Origin: Puniceicoccaceae bacterium
GTDB taxonomy: Bacteria > Verrucomicrobiota > Verrucomicrobiia > Opitutales > Puniceicoccaceae
Assembly (NCBI GenBank): GCA_046541615.1
Contig: JBKHCX010000056.1
Span: forward strand, 1-15,322
DNA length: 15,322 nucleotides
Reading direction: 5' to 3'
In this document: piece after piece, positions 7,346 to 14,183 of the stretch
How positions within the stretch are numbered: position 1 is the stretch's first letter
Layout: each line of letters begins with the position of its first letter
Program-made: the position numbers and the translations under genes
The notes under the pieces: generated by a model
What the model was told of the DNA's origin: nothing
The model's database searches: none
What the model saw: only the letters and a program-made list of their open reading frames with translations

Positions 7346-8545
7346 CTACCGGAAGCCCTTGGGCATCGGAATCTTGATCCCGCGCCGCAGGAAGGTCGGT
7401 TTGTCCAGGTCCACTTCGTTGTATTCATCGACGGCCATGCGGCCGAAGAGTCCGCGCTCGTTGTCCTCGAGGAGGGAGTCGAATTCGGTCTGCACCCGGA
7501 CGGGACCCGCCGTGGCGCGTCTGCCGTCGAGCTTGGAGGCGTGCACCTCGACCGGGCGGGAGCGGTAGAGGGGTTCCGGCTGCGACGAAAGATCCGTCCG
7601 CGCCAGAACGGTGACCTCCAGGTCCGCGCCGAGGGCGGGGTCCTCCCAGAACCCGACCACGGCGTCCTCCCGCGAATCGAAGAGTTTGGTCACCCCGGCG
7701 GCCAGCTCCGCGAAGGCGGCGGCGGACAGAGCGCCCGCCGAACCGATGCTCACCAGCAGGCGGTCGGCGCGCGCCCGCTCGATCCCCGGCGAGCGAAGGG
7801 GGCATTCGAAAATGCCCTTCACCGCGGCCGCCGCCCCCTCCGCCAGGGGCACGCGGGCGGTCGAGAAGACGATCCGGCTCTCCGGCCCTTTCAGGGCGGC
7901 GCGGAAGGTGGCCAGATCCACCGACATCTTTCCGGGCCGGAACAGGGGACCGGCCAGCGCGGTGACCGCCCGCGACATCCATTCGTCGGAGGCGTCGAAT
8001 ATCCGGTCGGCCCGGTCCGATTCGCCGGCCTCCTGGAAGAGGAGATCGTTGGGCAGCTCGATGACGCAGTCGGCCGATTTACGGATGGCGGCGAGCGCCT
8101 CGCGGGCGAGCTTCGCCGGCCGCCGCCCCTCGAATTCGAAAGGGGTGGATACCACGGCGACCGTCGGACAACCGGTCTCGCCGATCAGGCCGGCCATCAC
8201 CGGAAGCGCGCCCGAGGCGCACCCGCGCCCGAGACACCCGACCAGGACGACCAGTTCGCCGCCGCCTAGGGCCGCGGCGATGAGAGGCCGGTCGCTTTCG
8301 GCGGCGAGACGGCCCATCTCTCCGTCCCCGCCGCAGCCGAGCCCGCGCACGAGAGCCTTCCCCAGCCGGACCGAGCGGATCTCCGGATACCGGTCGAGTT
8401 CGCGGGCGTCGGTGTCGAACCCGACGGGCACGATCTCCGGCCAGGCCGTTCCGCGAAGCCGGTCAACGACGCCAAGCGCCCCCCCGCCCACGGCCACGAG
8501 CCGAACGCCGGGTCTCTCCGCGTCGTTGCCGATGCCATCCTTCAT
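7346..8545 (-). CDS. ftsZ: Divergent FtsZ homologue (399 aa) with atypical nucleotide-binding motifs
   Basis: It occupies the last position of the dcw cluster directly after ftsA, with a TGATG stop/start overlap at 8543-8547. It is collinear with FtsZ: VRLVAVGGGALG, GFDTDAREL, VRGLGCGGDGEMGR, TPFEFEGRR, LPNDLL, FRPGKMSVD. The C-terminal DLDKPTFLRRG matches the conserved FtsA-binding peptide. The ORF runs up to 9088, but that part overlaps ftsA out of frame and is Arg/Pro-rich. Confidence 0.85.
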   Translation of the reverse strand: MKDGIGNDAERPGVRLVAVGGGALGVVDRLRGTAWPEIVPVGFDTDARELDRYPEIRSVRLGKALVRGLGCGGDGEMGRLAAESDRPLIAAALGGGELVVLVGCLGRGCASGALPVMAGLIGETGCPTVAVVSTPFEFEGRRPAKLAREALAAIRKSADCVIELPNDLLFQEAGESDRADRIFDASDEWMSRAVTALAGPLFRPGKMSVDLATFRAALKGPESRIVFSTARVPLAEGAAAAVKGIFECPLRSPGIERARADRLLVSIGSAGALSAAAFAELAAGVTKLFDSREDAVVGFWEDPALGADLEVTVLARTDLSSQPEPLYRSRPVEVHASKLDGRRATAGPVRVQTEFDSLLEDNERGLFGRMAVDEYNEVDLDKPTFLRRGIKIPMPKGFR

Positions 8546-9750
8546 CACGTCCCCCGCAGGAATCGCGTCACCTTGCCGACCACTCCGGCGGGACGCTGGT
8601 TGTTCTCCCGTTTCTCGGCCTGGCCCTCGAGGGCGTAGTGGAGCACTCCGAGGACCGTGCTGTACTCGGCCGCCCGCAGCTCGTCGGCCACCCAGTCGGG
8701 GTTGCCGGCGAACCGCGCCGGGAAGCCGAAGACCCGCTCCGCCAGATCGGCGCACCGCTCGAGGCGGGCGCCGCCGCCGGTCAGGAGCGCGCGGACGGCC
8801 CCCGACTTGAGCCGGGAGGCGCCGCACTCCTCGCGGATCAATTCGAAGAGTTCCTCCAGCCGCACTTCGAGAATGCGGTTGATGGACGAGGCGTAGAGGG
8901 ACTTGTCGCCGATCTTCAGGTCCCCGTAGAGGTGCAGGGTCCGGCCCTGGTCCTCGGGCAGCACGGTGGCCGCCCCGTGGCGGAGCTTCAGATCCTCCGC
9001 GCTGTCGCGCACGATCCGCAGGCCCACGGAAAGGTCGTTGGTCATGTGCTCGCCGCCGACCGGAATCGATCCGGTCCGGACGATGCATCCCTTGTCGTAG
9101 AAGGCGTAGTCCGTGGTGCCGCGGCCGATGTCGATCACGAGGCAGCCGGATTCCTTTTCCTCCTCGGTGGCGACCATGCAGGCGGAGGCCACGCTGGAGA
9201 CGATGACATCCTCCACCTTGATGTTCTGGCTGTTGACCGCGTGGATGTGCTCGGCGACGGCCTGGGAGTCGGCGTGGAGCAGCCAGTAGGTGACCGCCAG
9301 CTCCTCCCCCCGGAAGCCGGCCGGCTGCTCGACGACCCGCCCGTCCAGCTCGTAGTGGTTGCGGATGAAGTGGATGTAGAGCCGGTCGGCGCCGATCTCC
9401 TTGCTCTTGGCCTCGGCGTTCACGCGGTCCACGTCGGCGCGGGTCACGCGGTTGTCCGGGCTCCGCACCCGGATCCGGGCCGGGTGGGACAGGCCCTGGA
9501 GATGGGAACCGGCGATCGCCAGGTAGGAACTCTCGATATTGGTCCCGGCGCTGGTCTCGGCGCGGTCGAGCGCCTCCCCCACCCCGTCGCTGACCTCGCG
9601 GAAATTGAGAATCCGGCCCTTGGAAACCCCGCGCGATTCGACCTCGGCCTTGCCGATGATGTTCAGGCTCTGGTCCTCGTAGATCTCACCGACCAGGACT
9701 TTGATTTCCCGGCCTCCGATTTCGATGGCTGCTACGACTTTACCCGACAT
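8545..9750 (-). CDS. ftsA: Cell division protein FtsA (actin-like ATPase), 401 aa
   Basis: The N-terminus AAIEIGGREIKVLVGE is the phosphate-1 motif. DIGRGTTDYA is phosphate-2. LTGGGARL is the adenosine motif. The C-terminal amphipathic tail is GVVGKVTRFLRG. A strong Shine-Dalgarno lies upstream. Confidence 0.95.
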   Translation of the reverse strand: MSGKVVAAIEIGGREIKVLVGEIYEDQSLNIIGKAEVESRGVSKGRILNFREVSDGVGEALDRAETSAGTNIESSYLAIAGSHLQGLSHPARIRVRSPDNRVTRADVDRVNAEAKSKEIGADRLYIHFIRNHYELDGRVVEQPAGFRGEELAVTYWLLHADSQAVAEHIHAVNSQNIKVEDVIVSSVASACMVATEEEKESGCLVIDIGRGTTDYAFYDKGCIVRTGSIPVGGEHMTNDLSVGLRIVRDSAEDLKLRHGAATVLPEDQGRTLHLYGDLKIGDKSLYASSINRILEVRLEELFELIREECGASRLKSGAVRALLTGGGARLERCADLAERVFGFPARFAGNPDWVADELRAAEYSTVLGVLHYALEGQAEKRENNQRPAGVVGKVTRFLRGT

Positions 9751-9755
9751 CGGTA

Positions 9756-9761
9756 CTCCTT
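9756..9761 (-). promoter_or_regulatory. Shine-Dalgarno sequence AAGGAG for ftsA
   Basis: The minus strand reads gtgaaAAGGAGtaccgATG, with a 5-nt spacer to ATG 9750. This is the clearest ribosome-binding site in the window. Confidence 0.8.
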
Positions 9762-9848
9762 TTCACAGATCGGCCTCCGCATGTCGAGACCGCGGAAGTT
9801 GATTTGCGGCCATCGCGGCAACCGTCTTCGCTCTCCGAGCTCCGCCGA

Positions 9849-9932
9849 GTCAAGAGCACGAGGCCCTACAGGAATGCAAATTCCTAAATTTTCCTTGTTT
9901 CGGAAAAACGGGTAGGGCCGCGTGCTCTTGAC
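9849..9932. repeat. 84-nt imperfect palindrome with two nested hairpins (predicted three-way junction) in the ftsQ-ftsA spacer
   Basis: Outer arms 9849-9869 and 9912-9932 pair at 20 of 21 positions. The inner hairpins are AGGAAT-gcaa-ATTCCT (9870-9885) and TTTTCC-ttgtttc-GGAAAA (9889-9907). The inner 42 nt are AT-rich (15/42 G+C by hand count). The structure is certain from the sequence. The function (RNA element, protein site or REP-like repeat) is unknown. Confidence 0.5.
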
Positions 9933-10108
9933 GGCCATAACCCGGCTTGTCCAGCGTCTTGTCGCCCGTAGCTCGCTGAGGGAGAGGAAAGCCCCATGCG
10001 GAGGAGGCAGGGCGGCGGCTGTTGCGCGCGTGCCGCAGCCCAATCCCCGAGAACGGAAAAACGGGAGGAATTTCCATCCTGGCTCCCCATACCGATGGCT
10101 GCGCTCGC

Positions 10109-11020
10109 TCACCCTGCCGGATCCTCCCCGTCCAGAAGCACCGGCACCGAGTCGTCGAAACGCAGATCGACCCGCTCGATCCTGTCGATGCCCCGCTCGC
10201 CGGTCAGCGTCAGGATGTCCTGCAGGCGCATCAACTGGTCGGAGAGTCCCTCCGTCGCGAAAAGCGCTTCCCGCACCCGGGTGGACCGGACGCGGATCGT
10301 GGAAAAGGCGGCGGCCGGATCGGGGTCGTAGAGGGAGAGATCGACGATCCGCCACGACCGGAAGACCTCCGGAAAGCCGCTGCGGGCGAGATCGACGAGT
10401 TCGGCGACCGTGTGGAACCCCGGCACCGGAGCGTATCCGCCGGGTCGCTCGACCAGCGTGACCCCGGTGAGAAAGGGGAGCCGCGAGACCTCGGCCGGTT
10501 CGAGGCCGATCCCGGGAAAAACCGATCCGTCCCCCGCCACGAAGAGGGTGATCCGGCTGCCGGAGGCGTCCCGGGTGAGCAGCCGCAGCACCGGCTTGTG
10601 CTCCGAGATGCGCACTTCGAGGGTCTCCGGAAACCGGCGGCGGACGACGCACTCCCGGACCTGGGGATGGGCGGCCAACCGTTCCCGCAGCCGGAAGATA
10701 TCCGTCTGGAGGAGGGTCGCCCCCTCGGCCAGGACCAGCCGGTCCGCCAGCCATTCCTCGTCGAGCGTGCCGTCGGTCTCGAAAGCGACCTCCTGTATCC
10801 GGAACTCCTGACCGCCCCCCAGAATACGCTCCGGCTCGAAAAGGAGAAGGTAGGTCAGGAAGATGATCGCGATCGAAAAGCAGACCGCCCCCGCCCACAC
10901 GAGAAGGCTGCGCCCGCGGGTGCGCCCGACCAGACCGGAGGAGCGGGGCACTTTCTGCTGGATGCTCTTCCACGAGCGGACCCGGACCGGACCGGGGGGC
11001 GGGGATTTCCTGCGCATCAT
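10109..11020 (-). CDS. ftsQ: Cell division protein FtsQ (bitopic, POTRA domain), about 303 aa
   Basis: It has a basic N-terminus, then a single TM helix (LLVWAGAVCFSIAIIFLTYLLLF), then a POTRA-like region (FRIQEVAFETDGTLDEEWLADRL...RRRFPETLEVRISEHKP). It lies between ddl and ftsA. ATG 11020 overlaps the ddl stop (ATGA), and GGAG lies just upstream. The adjacent ATG at 11017 is equally possible. The ORF extension to 12088 overlaps ddl and was rejected. Confidence 0.85.
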   Translation of the reverse strand: MMRRKSPPPGPVRVRSWKSIQQKVPRSSGLVGRTRGRSLLVWAGAVCFSIAIIFLTYLLLFEPERILGGGQEFRIQEVAFETDGTLDEEWLADRLVLAEGATLLQTDIFRLRERLAAHPQVRECVVRRRFPETLEVRISEHKPVLRLLTRDASGSRITLFVAGDGSVFPGIGLEPAEVSRLPFLTGVTLVERPGGYAPVPGFHTVAELVDLARSGFPEVFRSWRIVDLSLYDPDPAAAFSTIRVRSTRVREALFATEGLSDQLMRLQDILTLTGERGIDRIERVDLRFDDSVPVLLDGEDPAG

Positions 11021-11946
11021 CCTCTCCGGCGGTGGAAACGGTTCAGGGCCGGCCGGACGAGTTCGGCGGCGAGATCCTCGAACGACAGACCGCGGCAGGC
11101 CGCGCTCTTCGGCAGGAGACTCTCGGCGGTCAAACCCGGAATGGTGTTGATTTCGAGAAAACAGGGCCCCTCGTCGTCGAGGCGGAAATCCGCCCGGGCG
11201 AAGTCGCGGCAGCCGCACACGGCGAACACGGTCTCGGCCCACCAGCGGACGACCGCCTCCACGCCGGGATCGAGCACCGCGGGCCATCGGTACTCGGTCA
11301 GGCCGGCCGTGTACTTGTGCCGGTAGTCGTAAACGCCCCCCTGCGGCAGGATTTCGACCACGCCCTGCCCGATTCCGTTGAGAAGGCCGATCGACAACTC
11401 GCGGCCGTCGATGAAGGTTTCGAGAATCCACCGCTGGTCCGGGAGGGCGTCGAGCCGGCGGAGCAACTCGCCGATCCCCCGGACCACCGCCAGGTGGGTG
11501 CTGCTGCCACCTGCGACCGGCTTGATCACGATGCGGTCGCCGAGACGGTCGCGGATCCGGCCGGCGTCCGGCGCCTCCCCCGGCTCCAGGACGATCGACT
11601 CCGGCACCCGCACCCCCGCGGCGGCCGCCGTCTTCTTCGTGCGCTCCTTGTCCATGCACAGAGCGCTGGATATCGAATCCGATCCGGCGTATTCGAACCG
11701 GCCCCGTTCGAGAAGGGTCTGGAGCGCGCCGTCCTCTCCGAACTCGCCGTGGAGGGCCGGGAAGACCACGCTTGCCGCAGGATCGAGGAAGGCGGGCAGC
11801 GCCGCCTCGCGCAGCTCGACGGCGTTCACCGGGAAAGACTCCTCCAGCGCGCCGATCAGCGCGGCACCCGTCTTCAGGGAGACATCGCGCTCTGGACCGA
11901 CGCCTCCGTAGAGAACGGTGACCGGGGTATCGTCCTCGGGGATCAT
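11017..11946 (-). CDS. ddl: D-alanine--D-alanine ligase, 309 aa
   Basis: Motifs seen: VLYGGVGPERDVSLKTG, ALHGEFGEDGALQTLLE, IKPVAGGSSTHLAVV, FLEINTIPGLTAESLLPKS. ATG 11946 gives an N-terminus matching E. coli Ddl and shares one base with the murC-murB stop (TGATG). Confidence 0.9.
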   Translation of the reverse strand: MIPEDDTPVTVLYGGVGPERDVSLKTGAALIGALEESFPVNAVELREAALPAFLDPAASVVFPALHGEFGEDGALQTLLERGRFEYAGSDSISSALCMDKERTKKTAAAAGVRVPESIVLEPGEAPDAGRIRDRLGDRIVIKPVAGGSSTHLAVVRGIGELLRRLDALPDQRWILETFIDGRELSIGLLNGIGQGVVEILPQGGVYDYRHKYTAGLTEYRWPAVLDPGVEAVVRWWAETVFAVCGCRDFARADFRLDDEGPCFLEINTIPGLTAESLLPKSAACRGLSFEDLAAELVRPALNRFHRRRG

Positions 11947-14183
11947 CACGGAACGGTGCGAAAGGAATCGGTCGGCGGCGGAACCTCGGCCGGATTGCCC
12001 GGAGAGAGGAACCGCACCTCCGGCTCGAGCCAAACGCCCGAGCGGAGCCGCACCCGCTCGCGAATCTCGGAGAGGAGCGCGAGAACATCGGCGGCGCGGG
12101 CGTTCTTGTCCGGCAGAAGGAAATTGGCGTGTTTTTCGGAGACCCGGACCCGCCCGAGGCGATAGCCTTTGAGCCCGGCTCGGTCGATCAGACGGCCGGC
12201 CGAATCCCCCTCCGGATTGCGGAACATGCAGCCCGCGCTCGCCCCGCCGGGCTGGCTCCCCCGCCTGCGGATCGAGTACTCCCGCATCCTCTGCCGGATC
12301 ACTTCCGGATCCTGCCTTTCCGTTCCCTCAAACACGGCGCGGATTATGCAAAGACCCTCCAGGCCAGGGCAAGAACGATAGCCGAAGGAAAGGTCGCTCC
12401 GGTCGAAGCACACGAGCTTTCCACCCGGGTCGAGGGCCTCCACCCGCACGGCCCGGTCCCCGATCCATCCACCCATGGCGCCCGCGTTCATGCGGAGGCC
12501 GCCGCCCACCGTACCGGGGATCCCCTCCAGGAATTCGAATCCCGCGAGGCCCTGTTTCGCCGCCGACCGGGCCAGGGCGGGGAGGGCGCAGCCGGCGCCG
12601 GCGGCGATCCGGAGCGAACCCCCTTCCGCCGCTTCCACCGACTCCCAGGCCGGACCTTTCAGGTGGACGACGAGACCGTCGAACCCCTCGTCCGACACCA
12701 GGAGGTTCGACCCGTTGCCGAGAAAGACGACGGGGATCCGCAGCATCCCCGCCGCGCGGAGCAGCCAGCGCAGGGCCGCGACCCCGTCCGGCTCCGCGAA
12801 CGCCGCGGCCCTGCCACCGATCCGCAGCGTACAGGCCCGTTCGAGCGGCTCGCCGCCGCGCACGGTTCCGGCGGCCAGATTGGCCTCGGCCAGGCGCAGC
12901 AACGCGGGCACCGGCCGGCCGCCCTCCCCGGCGAGGGCCGCCAGAACCGAGGCCCACTCGTTCGCGTCGCCCGCCCCGACGAAGGCGAACGTGCCGACCG
13001 GCCCGGCCCCCTCATCCTCCCCGAATCCGGGGAAGTCGCCCAGGCCGCGTATCCGGGACACCCGCACGCCCCCGGCCTCCAGCCCGGCCTCGATCCGCGC
13101 CAGGGCGTCCCCGCCGCCGGTAGCCTCTCCCGCGCCGTAAACGGAGTGCAGCCCCACCTCGGCGAGCCCCGAGAGCGCCTCGACGAACTCTCCCGCGAAA
13201 CGGGTCGTGCGGCTGAAGCGGTGCGGCTGGAAGTACACCCGCAGGGGCGCCGGGAAATCCCCTCGGGCGAGCCAGCCGAGAAAAGCCGCCACCTCGCGGG
13301 GATGGTGGGCGTAGTCCTCGACCACGGCGAAGCGCCCGCTCCGGGCGTGGATGGTCTGCCGCCGCCATACGCCGGGGAACCCGGCCGCCGCGTCGCCTCC
13401 GGCGGGCCGTCCCGCGGCGGCCGCGAAGGCCGCGCGGGCGGCGGCCTCGTTCGTCGCGGCAAAATCCGCCACGTCCACCGGAAAGGCCGTCCGCCCCGGG
13501 GAGTCCGGCCACTCCGGAGCGCCGTCGCCCGGGGCCGGCTCCGGATGGACCACGGCGGACCGCGTCCGCCCGGCGAGCCCGGCCCAGGTCGCCCGGATCG
13601 CCCCCGCGTCCCGGTAGCGGTCGGCGTGATCCCAGTCGAAATTCAGGAACAGCGTCACCTCGGGGGAGAAACCGTCGATCGTCCCGTCGCTCTCGTCGAT
13701 CTCGGCGACCAGCCACTCCGCCCCGCGGTTCCGGGCGGGCGGCAGACCGGCCCCGGGCAGCCCCCCGATCACGTGGTCGGCGGCCCATCCCTCGCGCCCG
13801 GCCAGGTGCGCGATCAACGCGGTGGTCGTGGTCTTTCCATGACTGCCCGCCACGGCCAGAAGCTTCCGCCCCGCCGCGATCCGGGCCAGGAGTTCCCCCC
13901 GGCGGAGGACGACCGGCGGCGGGTCGTTCTCCGCGAGACGCCGGCGCAAGGGGTGGTCGGCGGAGATGGCGCTGGATACCACTAGGAATCCGCACCGCGC
14001 CGCCGCGCGTGGCTCCGGCTCGAGCGCGACCCCTCCCTCCCGCAGCAGGCGCTCGGCCCGCGGCGTAAGGGCGTCGTCCCACCCGCTCACCTCCGCTCCG
14101 CCCTCCTTCAGAAAGAGGGCGAGCGGGAGCATCCCCATCCCGCCGATCCCGAGCAGGAAAAACCGTTCGCCGCGCACGTTCAC
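11946..14183 (-). CDS. murC/murB: Bifunctional fusion: UDP-N-acetylmuramate--L-alanine ligase (MurC, N-terminal) and UDP-N-acetylenolpyruvoylglucosamine reductase (MurB, C-terminal), about 745 aa
   Basis: MurC part: FLLGIGGMGM, AGSHGKTTTT, EIDESDG, NFDWDHADRY, EDYAHHPREV. MurB part begins around nt 12850: TLRIGGRA, LGNGSNLLV, GIPGTVGGGLRMNAGA, FGYRS, ASAGCMFRNP, VSEKHANFLL, WLEPEVRF. It is one uninterrupted frame. The proposed GTG start at 14183 overlaps the murG stop (GTGA), with GGGAGG upstream. GTG 14177 is an alternative. The ORF extension to 14363 was rejected. Confidence 0.9.
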   Translation of the reverse strand: MNVRGERFFLLGIGGMGMLPLALFLKEGGAEVSGWDDALTPRAERLLREGGVALEPEPRAAARCGFLVVSSAISADHPLRRRLAENDPPPVVLRRGELLARIAAGRKLLAVAGSHGKTTTTALIAHLAGREGWAADHVIGGLPGAGLPPARNRGAEWLVAEIDESDGTIDGFSPEVTLFLNFDWDHADRYRDAGAIRATWAGLAGRTRSAVVHPEPAPGDGAPEWPDSPGRTAFPVDVADFAATNEAAARAAFAAAAGRPAGGDAAAGFPGVWRRQTIHARSGRFAVVEDYAHHPREVAAFLGWLARGDFPAPLRVYFQPHRFSRTTRFAGEFVEALSGLAEVGLHSVYGAGEATGGGDALARIEAGLEAGGVRVSRIRGLGDFPGFGEDEGAGPVGTFAFVGAGDANEWASVLAALAGEGGRPVPALLRLAEANLAAGTVRGGEPLERACTLRIGGRAAAFAEPDGVAALRWLLRAAGMLRIPVVFLGNGSNLLVSDEGFDGLVVHLKGPAWESVEAAEGGSLRIAAGAGCALPALARSAAKQGLAGFEFLEGIPGTVGGGLRMNAGAMGGWIGDRAVRVEALDPGGKLVCFDRSDLSFGYRSCPGLEGLCIIRAVFEGTERQDPEVIRQRMREYSIRRRGSQPGGASAGCMFRNPEGDSAGRLIDRAGLKGYRLGRVRVSEKHANFLLPDKNARAADVLALLSEIRERVRLRSGVWLEPEVRFLSPGNPAEVPPPTDSFRTVP

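Noticed and set aside
4323-7568. 1081-aa plus-strand ORF in an alternative frame running through gltB, the repeat protein and into ftsZ
   Set aside because: The translation is extremely Arg/Pro/Gly-rich, the typical signature of an off-frame read of GC3-rich coding DNA. It overlaps three well-supported genes on two strands.
8546-9088. N-terminal extension of the ftsZ ORF (580-aa version starting at 9088)
   Set aside because: The extra 181 aa overlap ftsA out of frame and are Arg/Pro/Gly-rich. The FtsZ homology begins right after the Met at 8545, which is stop/start coupled to ftsA.
9866-9890. Possible sigma-54 (-24 GG / -12 TTGCA) promoter on the minus strand at AGGAATTTGCAT
   Set aside because: The spacing between the GG and GC dinucleotides is about 7 nt instead of the required 10-11 nt between the conserved elements. 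The match to TGGCAC is also poor.
9850-10461. Small ORFs in or across the ftsQ-ftsA spacer (9850-10077 -, 9884-10090 -, 9922-10461 +, 9996-10331 +)
   Set aside because: None has a Shine-Dalgarno or protein-like composition. Several run into ftsQ antisense, and the region is better explained by the palindromic structure. A small protein cannot be strictly excluded without ribosome profiling.
11021-12088. N-terminal extension of the ftsQ ORF (659-aa version). The analogous extensions are ddl to 12033 and murC-murB to 14363.
   Set aside because: The extensions overlap the well-supported upstream genes in another frame, are Arg/Gly/Pro-rich, and have no homology. The shorter starts reproduce the expected N-termini and give canonical 1-4 nt overlaps.
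12129-13985. 618-aa plus-strand ORF antisense to murC-murB, and other alternative-frame ORFs in 12.3-15.3 kb (for example 13012-14082, 14370-15299, 13966-14721)
   Set aside because: All are low-complexity Arg/Pro/Gly-rich translations. They overlap genes with unambiguous MurC, MurB and MurG motifs.
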